Notes: generated by a model not told the origin, from the sequence alone. A stretch of DNA of 64,000 nucleotides from Abditibacteriaceae bacterium (GCA_965277285.1 OZ255721.1:3744001-3808000), one strand, 5' to 3'. Counted from the stretch's first letter, positions 21,378 to 33,988 are shown. Made by a program: numbers and translations.

Positions 21378-22280
21378 CTACTTTTTTCTTTCCACCACAA
21401 AGTGCGCTAACTGACGCAGCGCGTCGGCTTCCGTGCCGAAAATCGTTAAAGCATCCAATGCGGCGTTCGAGGATTCGCGCGCCATTCGCTGTGCGCGTTC
21501 CAAACCGAAAATGCCGGTCGCGGTAATTTTTCCATTCGCGCTGTCAGACGAGGCTTTGCCAGTTTGATTCGGATCGCCAGTCACGTCCAAAACATCGTCC
21601 GCGATTTGAAAAGCGCGCCCCAGATGCGCACCGTAACTTCTTAAAGCCGCGATTTGTAACACGCTTCCGCCGCCGACTGTGGCACCAATTTCCGATGAAG
21701 CACGAATCAAGGCGCCCGTTTTCAAAGCGTGCATTTGCAGCAATTCTTCGCCGCTGACGCTTTCGACTTGCGCGTTCGACCACGCGATGTCGGTCGCTTG
21801 GCCGCCGACCATTCCGGCTTCACCTGATGCGTGCGCCAAAAGTCGAATCACGTCGCGGATGTTGACCGCAGGCCAATCGCCGTTGGAGAGAGTTTCAAAA
21901 GCGAGAGTTAAAAGCGCGTCGCCTGCTAAAATCGCGGTCGCTTCGCCGAATTGTTTGTGACAACTTGGTCGTCCGCGCCGCGTATCGGCGTTGTCCATCG
22001 CGGGCAAATCGTCGTGAACCAGGGAATAGGCGTGAATCATTTCCAGCGCGCACGCGGCGGGAAGTGCGTTGGAACTTTCGTAGTTTGCACCGCCAACAAC
22101 ATGGGCGCATTCGACGACAAGATGCGCACGCAAACGCTTGCCATTGCCCAGAACAGCGTAACGCATGGCACGACGCAACCCGTTGCGACCTTCATCGAGA
22201 GTGGAATCTTCGCGTTCGAGTACTCGATCCAGCGCGGCTTCGATGAACGACGGCTGACAACACCAGCGAATCTCATTCAT
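21378..22280 (-). CDS. ispA: Polyprenyl (farnesyl/geranylgeranyl) diphosphate synthase
   Basis: GKRLR, SLVHDDLPAMD..RRG, KTGAL, FQIADDVLD; start uncertain. Confidence 0.93.
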   Translation of the reverse strand: MNEIRWCCQPSFIEAALDRVLEREDSTLDEGRNGLRRAMRYAVLGNGKRLRAHLVVECAHVVGGANYESSNALPAACALEMIHAYSLVHDDLPAMDNADTRRGRPSCHKQFGEATAILAGDALLTLAFETLSNGDWPAVNIRDVIRLLAHASGEAGMVGGQATDIAWSNAQVESVSGEELLQMHALKTGALIRASSEIGATVGGGSVLQIAALRSYGAHLGRAFQIADDVLDVTGDPNQTGKASSDSANGKITATGIFGLERAQRMARESSNAALDALTIFGTEADALRQLAHFVVERKK

Positions 22281-22599
22281 CGCCGCTTTCCTCGTCCGCA
22301 TTTTCTTCGTCTTCGTCATCGTTCCAATTCAAACGCGCGGCAACCAATTCGCCGTCTTCAGTGGCGACCAATTGTTCCAACGTCGCTTCGGCGCGCGACA
22401 ACGTTTCGTCGCACAAATTGGCGAGCGCAACGCCGCGCTGCAACAATTGCAACGATTCTTCAAGCGAAATGCGCCCCGCTTCGAGTTGCTCAACAACGCC
22501 GTCCAACTCGCGCAAGGCGTCTTCAAACGATAAATCGGACACTTCAGGATTTTGTGGCGCGACGTGATTTGCTTTCATCTTCAATTGCATAAACGACAT
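22273..22599 (-). CDS. xseB: Exodeoxyribonuclease VII small subunit
   Basis: SFEDALRELDGVVEQLE.G..SLEES...RG; start uncertain. Confidence 0.92.
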   Translation of the reverse strand: MSFMQLKMKANHVAPQNPEVSDLSFEDALRELDGVVEQLEAGRISLEESLQLLQRGVALANLCDETLSRAEATLEQLVATEDGELVAARLNWNDDEDEENADEESGDE

Positions 22600-22604
22600 T
22601 TTCT

Positions 22605-22691
22605 TAACGAACCCGAAGCGTAAGCGACGGGCTTCATGGTAGTTTCATGTAACTGCTACTCAAGCCCGTCGCTTACGCTTCGGGTTCGTTA
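22605..22691. repeat. REP-like doublet overlapping the xseA stop codon
   Basis: 30-bp perfect arms TAACGAACCCGAAGCGTAAGCGACGGGCTT (22605-22634) and its complement (22662-22691). Confidence 0.85.
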
Positions 22692-23914
22692 GTCAACTTT
22701 TCTCCCAACCGCGCGCTTAACTTTCCGTCGCGCAGAGTAATCGTTACATCGCGTTCTTCGATTTGCGCGACGCTTGAAACCAAACGTCCGCTTTGCGTTT
22801 GGGAAACCAGCGCGTAGCCACGTTCGAGTACTCGTTTCGGGTCAAGCGCCGAAAGCTGAGCGCGCCGCGTTTGCACAATTTGCGCTTCTATTTTAACACG
22901 TTGCCGGACGATTTCGCGTGATTTTCGGCGTTGCGAAAGAACGCGCTCGCGCAACGGCTGCAATCTTTCGCGCGGATGCGTCAAGACGCGGCGCGAACGT
23001 AAACTGTCCAAACGGTGACGCGCCAGTTGAACGTCACCGCTAACGGCGTTCGCCATGCGTTCGCGCAACGATTGAACGCCCGCGCGCACTTCGCGTTGAT
23101 TGGGCACGACCAATTCGGCGGCGGCGCTCGGCGTTGGAGCGCGCAAATCGGCGACGAAATCCAAAATCGTGAAATCGGTTTCATGTCCGACAGCCGAAAC
23201 CAAAGGTTTGGGGAAGTTGGCCGCTGTGCGCGCCAGAGTCTCGTCGTTGAACGCCCACAAATCTTCGGCTGAACCGCCGCCGCGCCCGATAATCACGACA
23301 TCCAAGTCCTCGACCGAAGCCGCCCAATTCAAGGCGCGCACCAGGTCATCCGCGGCACCAAAACCTTGCACCGCGCTGGGAATAAACAGAACGTGCGCCA
23401 GCGGCCAGCGACGACGCAAAATCGTCAACATATCTTGAATGACGGCGCCGCTGGGAGACGTAATCAGGCCGATGCGCTTAGGCAAAACCGGCAAAGGCCG
23501 CTTGCGCGATTCATCGAAAAGCCCGTCGGCTGCGAGTTCGGTTTTCAGTTTCTCGAAGGCTTCGTAAAGCGCGCCTTGTCCGGCGAAGCGCAAGGTTTCG
23601 ACGATAAACGAGACTTCGCCGCGCGGCGTGTAGAACTCGATGTGGCCTGTGGCAATCACGCGGTCGCCGTCTTTGGGGCGAAAGCTCAAGTTCGCCACGC
23701 TTTTGCGCCAGATGACGCCGCGAACCTGCGCCGCATCGTCTTTCAAAGTGAAATAACAATGACCGGAACCGTAGCTTTTGAAACCGGAAATCTCGCCTTC
23801 GACCGCGATGTCGGACAAAATCGCATCGCTTTCGAGCACGCGTTTGATCTGCCACGACAATTCGCCAACAGTCAGCGCGCCGTTGTCATCGTCTTGTGTA
23901 AAAAGGGAAAGCAC
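22673..23914 (-). CDS. xseA: Exodeoxyribonuclease VII large subunit
   Basis: GEIS..SGHCYFTLKD, RGGGSAEDLWAFN, GHETD, APTPSAAAE. Confidence 0.96.
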   Translation of the reverse strand: MLSLFTQDDDNGALTVGELSWQIKRVLESDAILSDIAVEGEISGFKSYGSGHCYFTLKDDAAQVRGVIWRKSVANLSFRPKDGDRVIATGHIEFYTPRGEVSFIVETLRFAGQGALYEAFEKLKTELAADGLFDESRKRPLPVLPKRIGLITSPSGAVIQDMLTILRRRWPLAHVLFIPSAVQGFGAADDLVRALNWAASVEDLDVVIIGRGGGSAEDLWAFNDETLARTAANFPKPLVSAVGHETDFTILDFVADLRAPTPSAAAELVVPNQREVRAGVQSLRERMANAVSGDVQLARHRLDSLRSRRVLTHPRERLQPLRERVLSQRRKSREIVRQRVKIEAQIVQTRRAQLSALDPKRVLERGYALVSQTQSGRLVSSVAQIEERDVTITLRDGKLSARLGEKLTNEPEA

Positions 23915-24066
23915 GACAAGAAGTTAAACCGCGATGAAGCGAAACGGCAACTGCGATGAGGACTTGAGTACTCGAAATGCCAAAACACCCGATTTTCTGT
24001 TTCGAGTGTTTTGCTTTGTCATCATCAATCGTTGACTGACTTCACATCAGTCGCCGCTTTGACTTT

Positions 24067-24847
24067 TTACGGAACCTCACTTAGCTTCGTCGAAATATGT
24101 TGCATGAATATCCGAACAGAGTGCAGAATATCCGTTGTTACGTCTTGTTCGTAACTATACTACCGCGTGCATCGTATTATTTCTCCACAGCTTCTTGATT
24201 TGCTGCAATTCGCGGGTAGCCAATCGAAGAGAATGTTCGTCGTTGTTCCAATTCGATGCTTGCAACTTTGTCTTATCTTTTAATACGTTATCGCAGGCTT
24301 CCAAATAACCGCCCCAATCACGAGGCTCAGAGGCACTTGTATTAAGTGAGTTCCATAGGGCTTTGAGAGCAACTTCGAGCGTACGCATCAAGTGAAAAAC
24401 ACAGGCTGTGTAGCGCCCCATCGCGTAGCAGTTGCCAGCTTCTTGAACGTCAAAACACGCAGACGGAAACTTGTCGTACACCTCATCGCCAAATAGCTTT
24501 TCTCGTTCATAGTATGCAGCTTTTTCTGTTGGCATGAACAAGAAACGGCGCTGCTGAAGCTCTGCACTGGTAGCTTCATCAAACCAACGAATATCCTCTT
24601 CTATGTCCCTAAGAGTTCCATTTTCTAAATCTCCCAGCATCTTTGTCAAGACTATGACTGCTGTTGTTAATTCTGCTTCTTTGCACAAAGTCAACAAGGA
24701 AGGGAGGAGCCTCTTTAATGCCAACCTATCGTCTGGAAGTAATTTGGCATTGGCACCTCTTGCGTTTATAGTTTCGCCAATCACGTCTTTTGACAATTGG
24801 AGAACACGGTTGATGACTACGAAATTACGCACATTGTATTCAATCAT
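24067..24847 (-). pseudogene. HEPN-like domain protein, low GC, apparent frameshift near the C-terminus
   Basis: DVQEAGNCYA.GRYTACVFHLMR and WRNNTMH (R-x4-H); TAG at 24155, while another frame continues YSYEQDVTTDILHSVRIFMQHISTKLSEVP to a stop at 24067. Confidence 0.55.
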
Positions 24848-24945
24848 GTTTCACAAGCTCGCTATTTGAAATGGTTCGGGATTCCATGCATCCGAACTAA
24901 CATAGTTTGTCTTTTTCCAAGCAAAGCCTCAAGTACTCGATTGGC

Positions 24946-24974
24946 TTGACAAACCTCGCAAAACCCGTCATAAT
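24946..24974 (+). promoter_or_regulatory. Sigma70-type promoter upstream of fusA
   Basis: TTGACA-17 bp-CATAAT. Confidence 0.65.
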
Positions 24975-24980
24975 TTGCAC

Positions 24981-25204
24981 GTTTGAACGCAAATTAAGAT
25001 CGAAAAGAAACCAGACCGCAAGCGAAAACGGCAATGAAGAACGACGACGAAGACGATGAAGGCGAAGGATTGAACGGTTGATGGAACTCGCATGAGTCCA
25101 CCTGACCTGTTCACCTTTTCTCGCATCTAATTCTCGTCGCACTTCGTTTCCGCTTTTCGCTTGCGGTTTTTTGTGTCTTTTTCACTCGGCGTTGCATCCA
25201 AACA
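24981..25204 (+). ncRNA. Candidate long rod-shaped structured RNA or leader upstream of fusA
   Basis: ACCGCAAGCGAAAA (25015-25028) pairs perfectly with TTTTCGCTTGCGGT (25154-25167); inner imperfect pairing continues to a loop near 25090; T-run follows. Confidence 0.45.
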
Positions 25205-25282
25205 CCAACTTGAACGTCAAGGTAAGACGTTCATCTCAACGTTCACAATCCCCATTCGTGGGTCATTTCTGGAGACAAAATC

Positions 25283-27427
<2,145 letters not shown>

Positions 27428-27451
27428 GCCTTTGAACGTGTTGTAGTAAAG

Positions 27452-27485
27452 CAGCGGCGCTATCGAGTACTCGATAGCGCCGCTG
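27452..27485. terminator. Perfect 34-bp palindrome centred on the iterated motif, between convergent genes
   Basis: CAGCGGCGCTATCGAGT/ACTCGATAGCGCCGCTG. Confidence 0.7.
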
Positions 27486-27537
27486 TTCTGGTTTGTGTCA
27501 AGGGATTTCGGCACTTTTACGAACCGTGAACTCAATT

Positions 27538-28092
27538 TTAGTCATGCCTGTATGTAAGAATTACGACGCCTGAACTGAATATCTTCGTGTCAATCAACTT
27601 CAAAGGGAAGGTTTCGCTCGACTCCTTGAAGAGTTTCTTTCCGCTGCCGAAAATAATTGGATGTACCCAAATTCGATATTCATCAATCAGTTCACGTTGC
27701 ATCAAAAAGTTAACAAGCTCGCTGCTGCCATAAATTAAAATATCTTGACCGGTCTGTTCTTTCAGCTTGAAAACTTCTTCCTCAATATTGTCTTGGATTA
27801 GGTTTGCGTTCCAATATAACTTCTTCAAAGTTGTCGAAACAACATATTTAGGCAAGCTATTCATTCGGTTTGCAAAACCTTCTTCATGCGTCATTGGAGG
27901 CCAAGCCGCTCCCAGAAGAAGATCATCAACAAAGCCTTCGTACGTAACACGTCCCAGAAGAAGAGCATCGCTGGTAAAAAGTTGGTCGTTAGCGTACTTC
28001 ACCATTTCGTCGTTCCAGAATGGCGTTGTCCAGAAAGGCGCTTCCATTACACCATCCAGCGTCACGTAAATTGATGCAATTATCTTTCTCAT
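27538..28092 (-). CDS. Dihydrofolate reductase family (RibD C-terminal domain) protein
   Basis: VTLDGV, LLLGRVTYE, KYVVS, YGS..L, IDEY...HPIIFGSG; low GC. Confidence 0.9.
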   Translation of the reverse strand: MRKIIASIYVTLDGVMEAPFWTTPFWNDEMVKYANDQLFTSDALLLGRVTYEGFVDDLLLGAAWPPMTHEEGFANRMNSLPKYVVSTTLKKLYWNANLIQDNIEEEVFKLKEQTGQDILIYGSSELVNFLMQRELIDEYRIWVHPIIFGSGKKLFKESSETFPLKLIDTKIFSSGVVILTYRHD

Positions 28093-28137
28093 TTGTTCCT
28101 TCCGCTTGAGACGATTTGCGGCACTTCACTATTGCTA

Positions 28138-28587
28138 TCAAGTGTCGTATTCGCCGCTGTCCCAAGGCTCATAAAAAGCTATGTAGTCGCCAGGCTCGGC
28201 TGTAATCCACCAATCTTCAGAGTCTTCGTCAGGTGGATATGGAACTAAGCCGAAAATTATGCCATCGTGTTCGATTTGGAACGGCTGAACTTCTATTCTC
28301 TGATATTCAACAGGGCCAATTTCTTCGATGCGCCGCGCGCAGATTTGTTCCGCGGCCTTGTAGGTCGATTCGCTACGCGTCCCTAAAGCATCAATCTTTG
28401 CTTCCAAAAAACTACCTTCCAGATTGAAAAGGTAAAGCGCAACGTAATCTTGCCCTATTTTACCGTCGATTGCTGGAACAAATGGCGTAGTAACGAAAAA
28501 CTGTTTTCCATCGAAAGTGCGTCCGACATGAGTCGCATGGTGGTTGTCGTGATTTATGGCGATAAGTGTTGGCGATTCGTTATTCAT
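28138..28587 (-). CDS. Hypothetical protein
   Basis: ORF from ATG 28587 with AGGA upstream. Confidence 0.65.
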   Translation of the reverse strand: MNNESPTLIAINHDNHHATHVGRTFDGKQFFVTTPFVPAIDGKIGQDYVALYLFNLEGSFLEAKIDALGTRSESTYKAAEQICARRIEEIGPVEYQRIEVQPFQIEHDGIIFGLVPYPPDEDSEDWWITAEPGDYIAFYEPWDSGEYDT

Positions 28588-28669
28588 AAGTTCCTCTACA
28601 ACTTTACCAACGCTGCGATAGTATACGCGCCTGCGAAACCTGCGCTTTGAACTGCGAGTGGAACTTGCG

Positions 28670-30184
28670 TTATGGCGTGGTTCGAGTACTCGATTGTGGC
28701 TTGGTTTTGGTAGTCTCTTTGTTGCGGATGTAGAGCCAGACATATTGGAGGCGCGTTTCCGAACGGAGCTTAAGGAGATGATAGCCACGAATGTGAGAGC
28801 GCGAAACAATGGCGGCGAAACGGCGTTGTTGCAGCGCGCGTTCCAGCAGCGCGTGCAGAGGCGAACGAGTGTCGTATTGCACGGGATCGTTGAAAAACGG
28901 CGTGCGATGGGCAGCGTAAATCAAGTCGACAAACAAGCCGAAACATGGGTCGCGTGGCGCGCTATTTTGCTCAATAGCCGCAACGATGCGTCGTAAATAA
29001 GGCAATGAAGCCCAGCGGAATTGTTCGCCCTGCCACATTCTCAGTGTCGGCAAGGTTGCGCAAAGCGTAAGAGTAGCAAGACAAAAACCATAACGCAGGC
29101 GCCAGACGCGTTTCGCTTCATCCGCCAGGCGCGGCCACGAAGCCGCCGCCACAATCGACAAATATGCTGACGCTTCCAGCCAATAATTCAAATCGGCACC
29201 AGCGCGCGATACTGTGACGAACGCCACCAAAAATGCCGCCATTGCCGACCATCGCAACGTTGCCAGGATGTTTTTTGCTCGTGTCGAACGCAATGGCACG
29301 CTCGCCGATGCGCGCCGCTCTTTGTACCAGGCGACGGCCACGAGCAACACAGCGAGGATTGTCGCGGGTGAACCGCTCAGCAAAAGCGCGAGTTGCCCTT
29401 TTGCATTGTCGAAACTCTTAGGCGCGGTATTCGCCATTGTCCATTGTTGCCACCAAAAGCCGCCATCTGAAGTGAAGTTCAACGCCCAAACGATTCCCGC
29501 AAACAAACCGATGGTGCCCAGCAAAAAGAAGCGTAATTCGTGTTGCGCTTTGAACTGGTGACAAAGCCACAAGATCGTGAAGAAAGAGAGCAACGTCGTT
29601 AAACGCGTCAAAACGGCGCCAACTGTCAAAACAGCGCAAATCGTTATGCCGCATAAACGCCATTTTTGCGTCACGTGCGCGTCATCGAGTACTCGAACTG
29701 CGATACAAATGGCGCTCAGGCCAAACGCCAAAGCCAGAAAGTCGGGACGCTGAACTCCGACCCAGTAAAGAACAGGCAATTGTGACCAAAAGAAGGCGAC
29801 AGATAAGAGCGCGAATCGTTTACGTCGCGTCAAAGCGTGCGTCAGCCAGGCGATGCAAACCGCGCAAATGAGTAAAGCGACAAGCGCAATAGCGCGCCCC
29901 GATTGAAATTGCAGCCCGAATATGCGCAGTCCCGCGCCGAACAGTAAATAACTAATGGGGCCATAAGGCGACATCGTGTAAGGCGGGTTTTCAATTAGGT
30001 GAAAAGAATACGGGTTGGTGCCATGCGCTATCAAGAGCGATGGCGCCCACATTCCACCTTCGTAACATCCTGCATCAAAGGGAAAAAGCCAGCGCGAAAT
30101 TCCCAAACTCAACGCCGAAAGCAGCGATAAAGCCGTGACCAGGCTCGTCAAACGCGCCGCTTTGGAAGAAGATCGAAATATCAC
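28670..30184 (-). CDS. Polytopic membrane protein, ArnT/GT-C-like glycosyltransferase
   Basis: YEG, Y.P..Y, RPDFLAL motifs with many TM helices. Confidence 0.6.
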   Translation of the reverse strand: MIFRSSSKAARLTSLVTALSLLSALSLGISRWLFPFDAGCYEGGMWAPSLLIAHGTNPYSFHLIENPPYTMSPYGPISYLLFGAGLRIFGLQFQSGRAIALVALLICAVCIAWLTHALTRRKRFALLSVAFFWSQLPVLYWVGVQRPDFLALAFGLSAICIAVRVLDDAHVTQKWRLCGITICAVLTVGAVLTRLTTLLSFFTILWLCHQFKAQHELRFFLLGTIGLFAGIVWALNFTSDGGFWWQQWTMANTAPKSFDNAKGQLALLLSGSPATILAVLLVAVAWYKERRASASVPLRSTRAKNILATLRWSAMAAFLVAFVTVSRAGADLNYWLEASAYLSIVAAASWPRLADEAKRVWRLRYGFCLATLTLCATLPTLRMWQGEQFRWASLPYLRRIVAAIEQNSAPRDPCFGLFVDLIYAAHRTPFFNDPVQYDTRSPLHALLERALQQRRFAAIVSRSHIRGYHLLKLRSETRLQYVWLYIRNKETTKTKPQSSTRTTP

Positions 30185-30199
30185 GAGGAAAATTTGTAC

Positions 30200-30829
30200 T
30201 CAATCATCGCTGTTGGTGAGTGCTTGCAGCAAATTTACCATCGCCGCCACTGCGCGTGCGCGATGCGAAACCTGCGCTTTAACTTCGGGTGGCACTTGCG
30301 CCATCGTGCGATTCAAGTACTCGATTGGTGCTTGTGTGGCTTCCGTAATCTCGAAAATTGGATCGTAGCCGAAACCGTTTTCGCCGCGCGGCTGGAGAGC
30401 GATGCGACCTTCGCAAGTCGCTTCAGTTTCGAGAACGCGACCATCAGGAAAAGCGACACAAATTGCGCAACGATAGCGCGCGGTGCGGTCTTCGCTTCGA
30501 GTACTCGATTGGTCGGTGCGAGCGAGCAGGGCGCGCGTTCGGTCTTCGTCGCTGCCTTCAATCCAGCGCGCACTGCGCACGCCAGGTTCGCCATTTAACA
30601 CATCGACTTCGATTCCCGAATCGTCCGCCAACGCCGTCATTCCAGTTTGGAGCGCGCAACTTTCAGCTTTAATGCGTGCGTTTTCTCGCATCGTCAATCC
30701 GGTTTCTTCCGGCATTTCGACAGTGGGAAAATCACGCAACGACGTGATTTCGAGGTTGGGAACATCGCGCAGCATTGCGGAGATTTCTTCGATTTTGTGC
30801 GCGTTGCCGGTGGCGAGAAGAAGAATCAT
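30200..30829 (-). CDS. rdgB: Non-canonical purine NTP pyrophosphatase (Ham1 family)
   Basis: LATGNAHKIEE, ADDSG, GEPGVRSAR, GFGYDPIF, SHRARA. Confidence 0.95.
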   Translation of the reverse strand: MILLLATGNAHKIEEISAMLRDVPNLEITSLRDFPTVEMPEETGLTMRENARIKAESCALQTGMTALADDSGIEVDVLNGEPGVRSARWIEGSDEDRTRALLARTDQSSTRSEDRTARYRCAICVAFPDGRVLETEATCEGRIALQPRGENGFGYDPIFEITEATQAPIEYLNRTMAQVPPEVKAQVSHRARAVAAMVNLLQALTNSDD

Positions 30830-30855
30830 GGTTCGAGTACTCGATTGAAGGAATG

Positions 30856-30927
30856 GCCACAAAAAGCACGAAAGACACAAAAACCGCCAATAAACGTCTT
30901 CGCTAAACCTTTGTGCTTCTTTGTGGC
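30856..30927. repeat. Imperfect inverted repeat, GCCACAAAAAGCAC type
   Basis: GCCACAAAAAGCACGAAAG...CTTTGTGCTTCTTTGTGGC between hisS and rdgB. Confidence 0.65.
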
Positions 30928-30933
30928 TATTTC

Positions 30934-32235
30934 TTATGAAAAGCTCTTTAATCGCGTGATGGCTTCATTCAGCGGCAAGGTTTCCTGAGCACTCGAACTC
31001 ATGTCTTTGAGCGCGATTGTTCCCGCTGCAATTTCGTCATCGCCCAAAAGCAACGTAAAGCGCGCGTTCTGGCGATTGGCTTCGCGCATTTGCGCCCGCA
31101 TGCTGCGCCCGACGAAATCGCAGTCGCACGAAATGCCCGACGCGCGCAATTGATGCAAAATCTGCACACCCCGTTCGCGCGCCGCATCGCCCAACGCCAC
31201 CAAAAAAGCGGTTGGCGGAACGGCTTGCGCTTCTTCGATTTGCGAGGCTTCGCGCACCAATAAAAGACGTTCGATGCCGCTGCCAAAGCCGATGCCAGGC
31301 GTTGCAGTTCCGCCCAATTCTTCGACTAAACCATCGTAGCGACCGCCACCCAAAACCGTGCTTTGCGCGCCCAGTTTGTCGGAGACGAATTCAAAAGCGG
31401 TGCGCGTGTAATAATCGAAGCCGCGCACCAAAGCATGATCGACTTCGTAGGCGATTCCCAACGCGTCCAAATGCGAACACAAGCGCGTGAAATGAGTACT
31501 CGATTCCTCGTCGTTTTCTCGAATGTGATCCAGCAATCGCGGCGCGTCCGCAATCCGTGCACGATCTCGTTCGTCTTTAGAATCGAAGATGCGCAAAGGG
31601 TTCAAATCCAAACGCTTCTGTGAATCTTCGCTGAGATTATTTCGCTGCGGCTCCAGATGTTCGCGCAGTTTCTGGATGTAAGCGGCGCGACTTTGCGGCG
31701 TTCCCAGTGTGTTCAAATGCAGAACCGTTTCGATTCCCAAAGCCTGCAAAAAGTCATTGGCAAGCGCCAGCACTTCGGCATCCGATTCGGGAGAAGCAGC
31801 GCCCAAAAGTTCGATTCCACATTGGTGATGCTGGCGATAACGACCGGCTTGTGGCGCTTCGTAACGGAAAATCGGCACGATGTAAAACAGCTTCGTGACT
31901 GGCCCGTTCTGGTTCAAGTGATGTTCGAGATAAGCGCGCACAACGGGCGCGGTTCCCTCGGCGCGTAAGGTGTAACTTTGCTCGTCGGGCGCGACGAACG
32001 AATACATTTGCTTGGTGACCAGAACATCGCTCGATTCTCCGGCTGTGCGCGCAAAGAGTTCGGTGTGTTCAAAAAGCGGCGTGCGGATTTCGCCGTAGCC
32101 GTAGCGCGCGCAAATGGCGCGAAAGGTTTCTTCGACCAGTCGCCAGCGCGAAATATCCTGTGGCAAAATGTCATGCGTGCCGCGCGGCGCCTGGAAACTG
32201 CGTTTCGTGGTTTTTTCAGTGTTATCAGGATTCAT
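30934..32235 (-). CDS. hisS: Histidine--tRNA ligase
   Basis: PRGTHD, LRAEGTA, FRYEAPQAGRYRQ, LVRGFDYY, GGGRYD, GIERL. Confidence 0.97.
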   Translation of the reverse strand: MNPDNTEKTTKRSFQAPRGTHDILPQDISRWRLVEETFRAICARYGYGEIRTPLFEHTELFARTAGESSDVLVTKQMYSFVAPDEQSYTLRAEGTAPVVRAYLEHHLNQNGPVTKLFYIVPIFRYEAPQAGRYRQHHQCGIELLGAASPESDAEVLALANDFLQALGIETVLHLNTLGTPQSRAAYIQKLREHLEPQRNNLSEDSQKRLDLNPLRIFDSKDERDRARIADAPRLLDHIRENDEESSTHFTRLCSHLDALGIAYEVDHALVRGFDYYTRTAFEFVSDKLGAQSTVLGGGRYDGLVEELGGTATPGIGFGSGIERLLLVREASQIEEAQAVPPTAFLVALGDAARERGVQILHQLRASGISCDCDFVGRSMRAQMREANRQNARFTLLLGDDEIAAGTIALKDMSSSAQETLPLNEAITRLKSFS

Positions 32236-32330
32236 AAGCGCGCGCAGTTTAGCAATTTTGCGACAACGGGCGCGGTATAAACGTGATTTCGAGTACTCGA
32301 ATCCCACTTTCACGGGCGTGCTGACGAGAA

Positions 32331-32816
32331 TTATTCCGCCATTTCACAATCTACAAATACTTGCTTTGGACGAACTTTGAGCAACACAACCAACGCACGG
32401 CGTTGCATCGGAACGGCCTCATGCCCGAGAGAACCGTGATCCACCAAAAGACTTTGCTTGAGTTGGTAAAGGTCAAATGCACCCGTGCCTTCATTCAAAA
32501 CAACGGCGCGGACCAGAAAAGGCGTTTTTCCTGGCACCGCTTTGAAACTTGTTCCAACGAAGGCTTTGGCCTGCGCAGATGAAAGCGGAACAATCGGGCT
32601 TCGTGTGAGCAAAGTTATCGCTCTGGGCAACATCGTGCTCAAAACGACATGAAAATCTTTGACGGGTGTCGCAGGTGAAACGTAAAAATTGATGTTCGAC
32701 GGCGCGGGACGATACCAGGAATCCTTTGTCGTCCAGGAAGGGGAAGACGTTTGTCTCGCGCATCCTGCAAGCAATGCAACGGACGCAAAGAAACAAACGG
32801 CGATTAAGAATTTCAT
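32331..32816 (-). CDS. Putative lipoprotein
   Basis: MKFLIAVC..LLAGC lipobox. Confidence 0.7.
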   Translation of the reverse strand: MKFLIAVCFFASVALLAGCARQTSSPSWTTKDSWYRPAPSNINFYVSPATPVKDFHVVLSTMLPRAITLLTRSPIVPLSSAQAKAFVGTSFKAVPGKTPFLVRAVVLNEGTGAFDLYQLKQSLLVDHGSLGHEAVPMQRRALVVLLKVRPKQVFVDCEMAE

Positions 32817-33001
32817 GGTCAATCTCATTTTAACCAAGTTTTCGTAACGTTATAGAGCGTGACAAAAGCGCGAGTGTTGCGTTGTTGCAAGGCCCAAAGT
32901 GCAAGCTGAAAAATAACTGAAATATGGTCGGGAAGGGCCTTGTGAAAAGTTGCACAATCAGGCAAAATGAAAGTTGCAGTTTCAATTTGTCGTTTTTTCT
33001 T

Positions 33002-33988
33002 ATGAGTCGTTTGCGTTTCAGGCGTTTTGCGTGGGGTGTTGTGGGCGCGACGCTGCTCGTCGTTTTGTGGGGCGCTTATGTGCGCGCCAGTTTGTCGGGC
33101 GATGGTTGCGGCGCGCATTGGCCGAGTTGCGGCACGACGATTATTCCTCATCCGCAGCAAACCAAAACGATGGTCGAATTGTCGCATCGCCTGACCAGTT
33201 TGTTCCTCATCCTCTCGACCTTGGGTTTGATGGTTTGCTCGTTTTTCGTTTATCCTAAGGGCGACATCGTGCGCAAAGGCGCCGTCTGGTCATTTGCGCT
33301 GGTGATGAGCGAAGCGTTTGTCGGCGCTGGCTTGGTGTTGTTCAGCCTGGTGGCGCGCAATCCTTCGGTTTATCGCGCCGTAGCGATGTGTTCGCACTTG
33401 ATCGTGACGTTGTTCTTGGTCGCGTCGATGACACTGACGGCGTGGTGGGCTTCGGGCGGTGCGCGTTTGCGCTTACGAAATCAAGGCGAACTGGGTTTTG
33501 CTTTTGGCGCGTCGTTTGTTTCGGTGATTGTCGTAGCGATTACGGGTTCGTTGTCGGCGCTGGGCGATACGTTGTATCCGGCGAAGAACCTGATGGAAGG
33601 AATGCAGCAGGACTTCGCGCCGACGGCTTCGTATCTTTTGCAACATCGGCCTTTGCATCCCTTGAGCGCGGTTTGCGCGACCGCAATTGTGCTGGCGACA
33701 GCCGCATTGAGTACTCGATTGCGCGGCGATGTGCGGACGAAACGTTTCGCGCTTGTCACATCGGGTTTAATGGTTTTTCAAGTTGTTCTGGGCTTGATCA
33801 ATTTAGTGATTTTAGCGCCGATTTGGATGCAGCTTTTGCACTTGCTGACGGCTAACGCGCTGTGGATTAGTCTGGTGGTTTTGGCGGCGCAAACGTTGAG
33901 TGAAGGAAAAGAAGTCATCGAAAGTCGAACGACACAAAACGAGGAGGTGAATCGCACTTGGCAGGAACACATTCCGTCGGCGTTGTAG
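33002..33988 (+). CDS. ctaA: Heme A synthase (COX15/CtaA family)
   Basis: [18 protein letters not shown], conserved His in TM helices; next to ctaB. Confidence 0.85.
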   Translation: MSRLRFRRFAWGVVGATLLVVLWGAYVRASLSGDGCGAHWPSCGTTIIPHPQQTKTMVELSHRLTSLFLILSTLGLMVCSFFVYPKGDIVRKGAVWSFALVMSEAFVGAGLVLFSLVARNPSVYRAVAMCSHLIVTLFLVASMTLTAWWASGGARLRLRNQGELGFAFGASFVSVIVVAITGSLSALGDTLYPAKNLMEGMQQDFAPTASYLLQHRPLHPLSAVCATAIVLATAALSTRLRGDVRTKRFALVTSGLMVFQVVLGLINLVILAPIWMQLLHLLTANALWISLVVLAAQTLSEGKEVIESRTTQNEEVNRTWQEHIPSAL

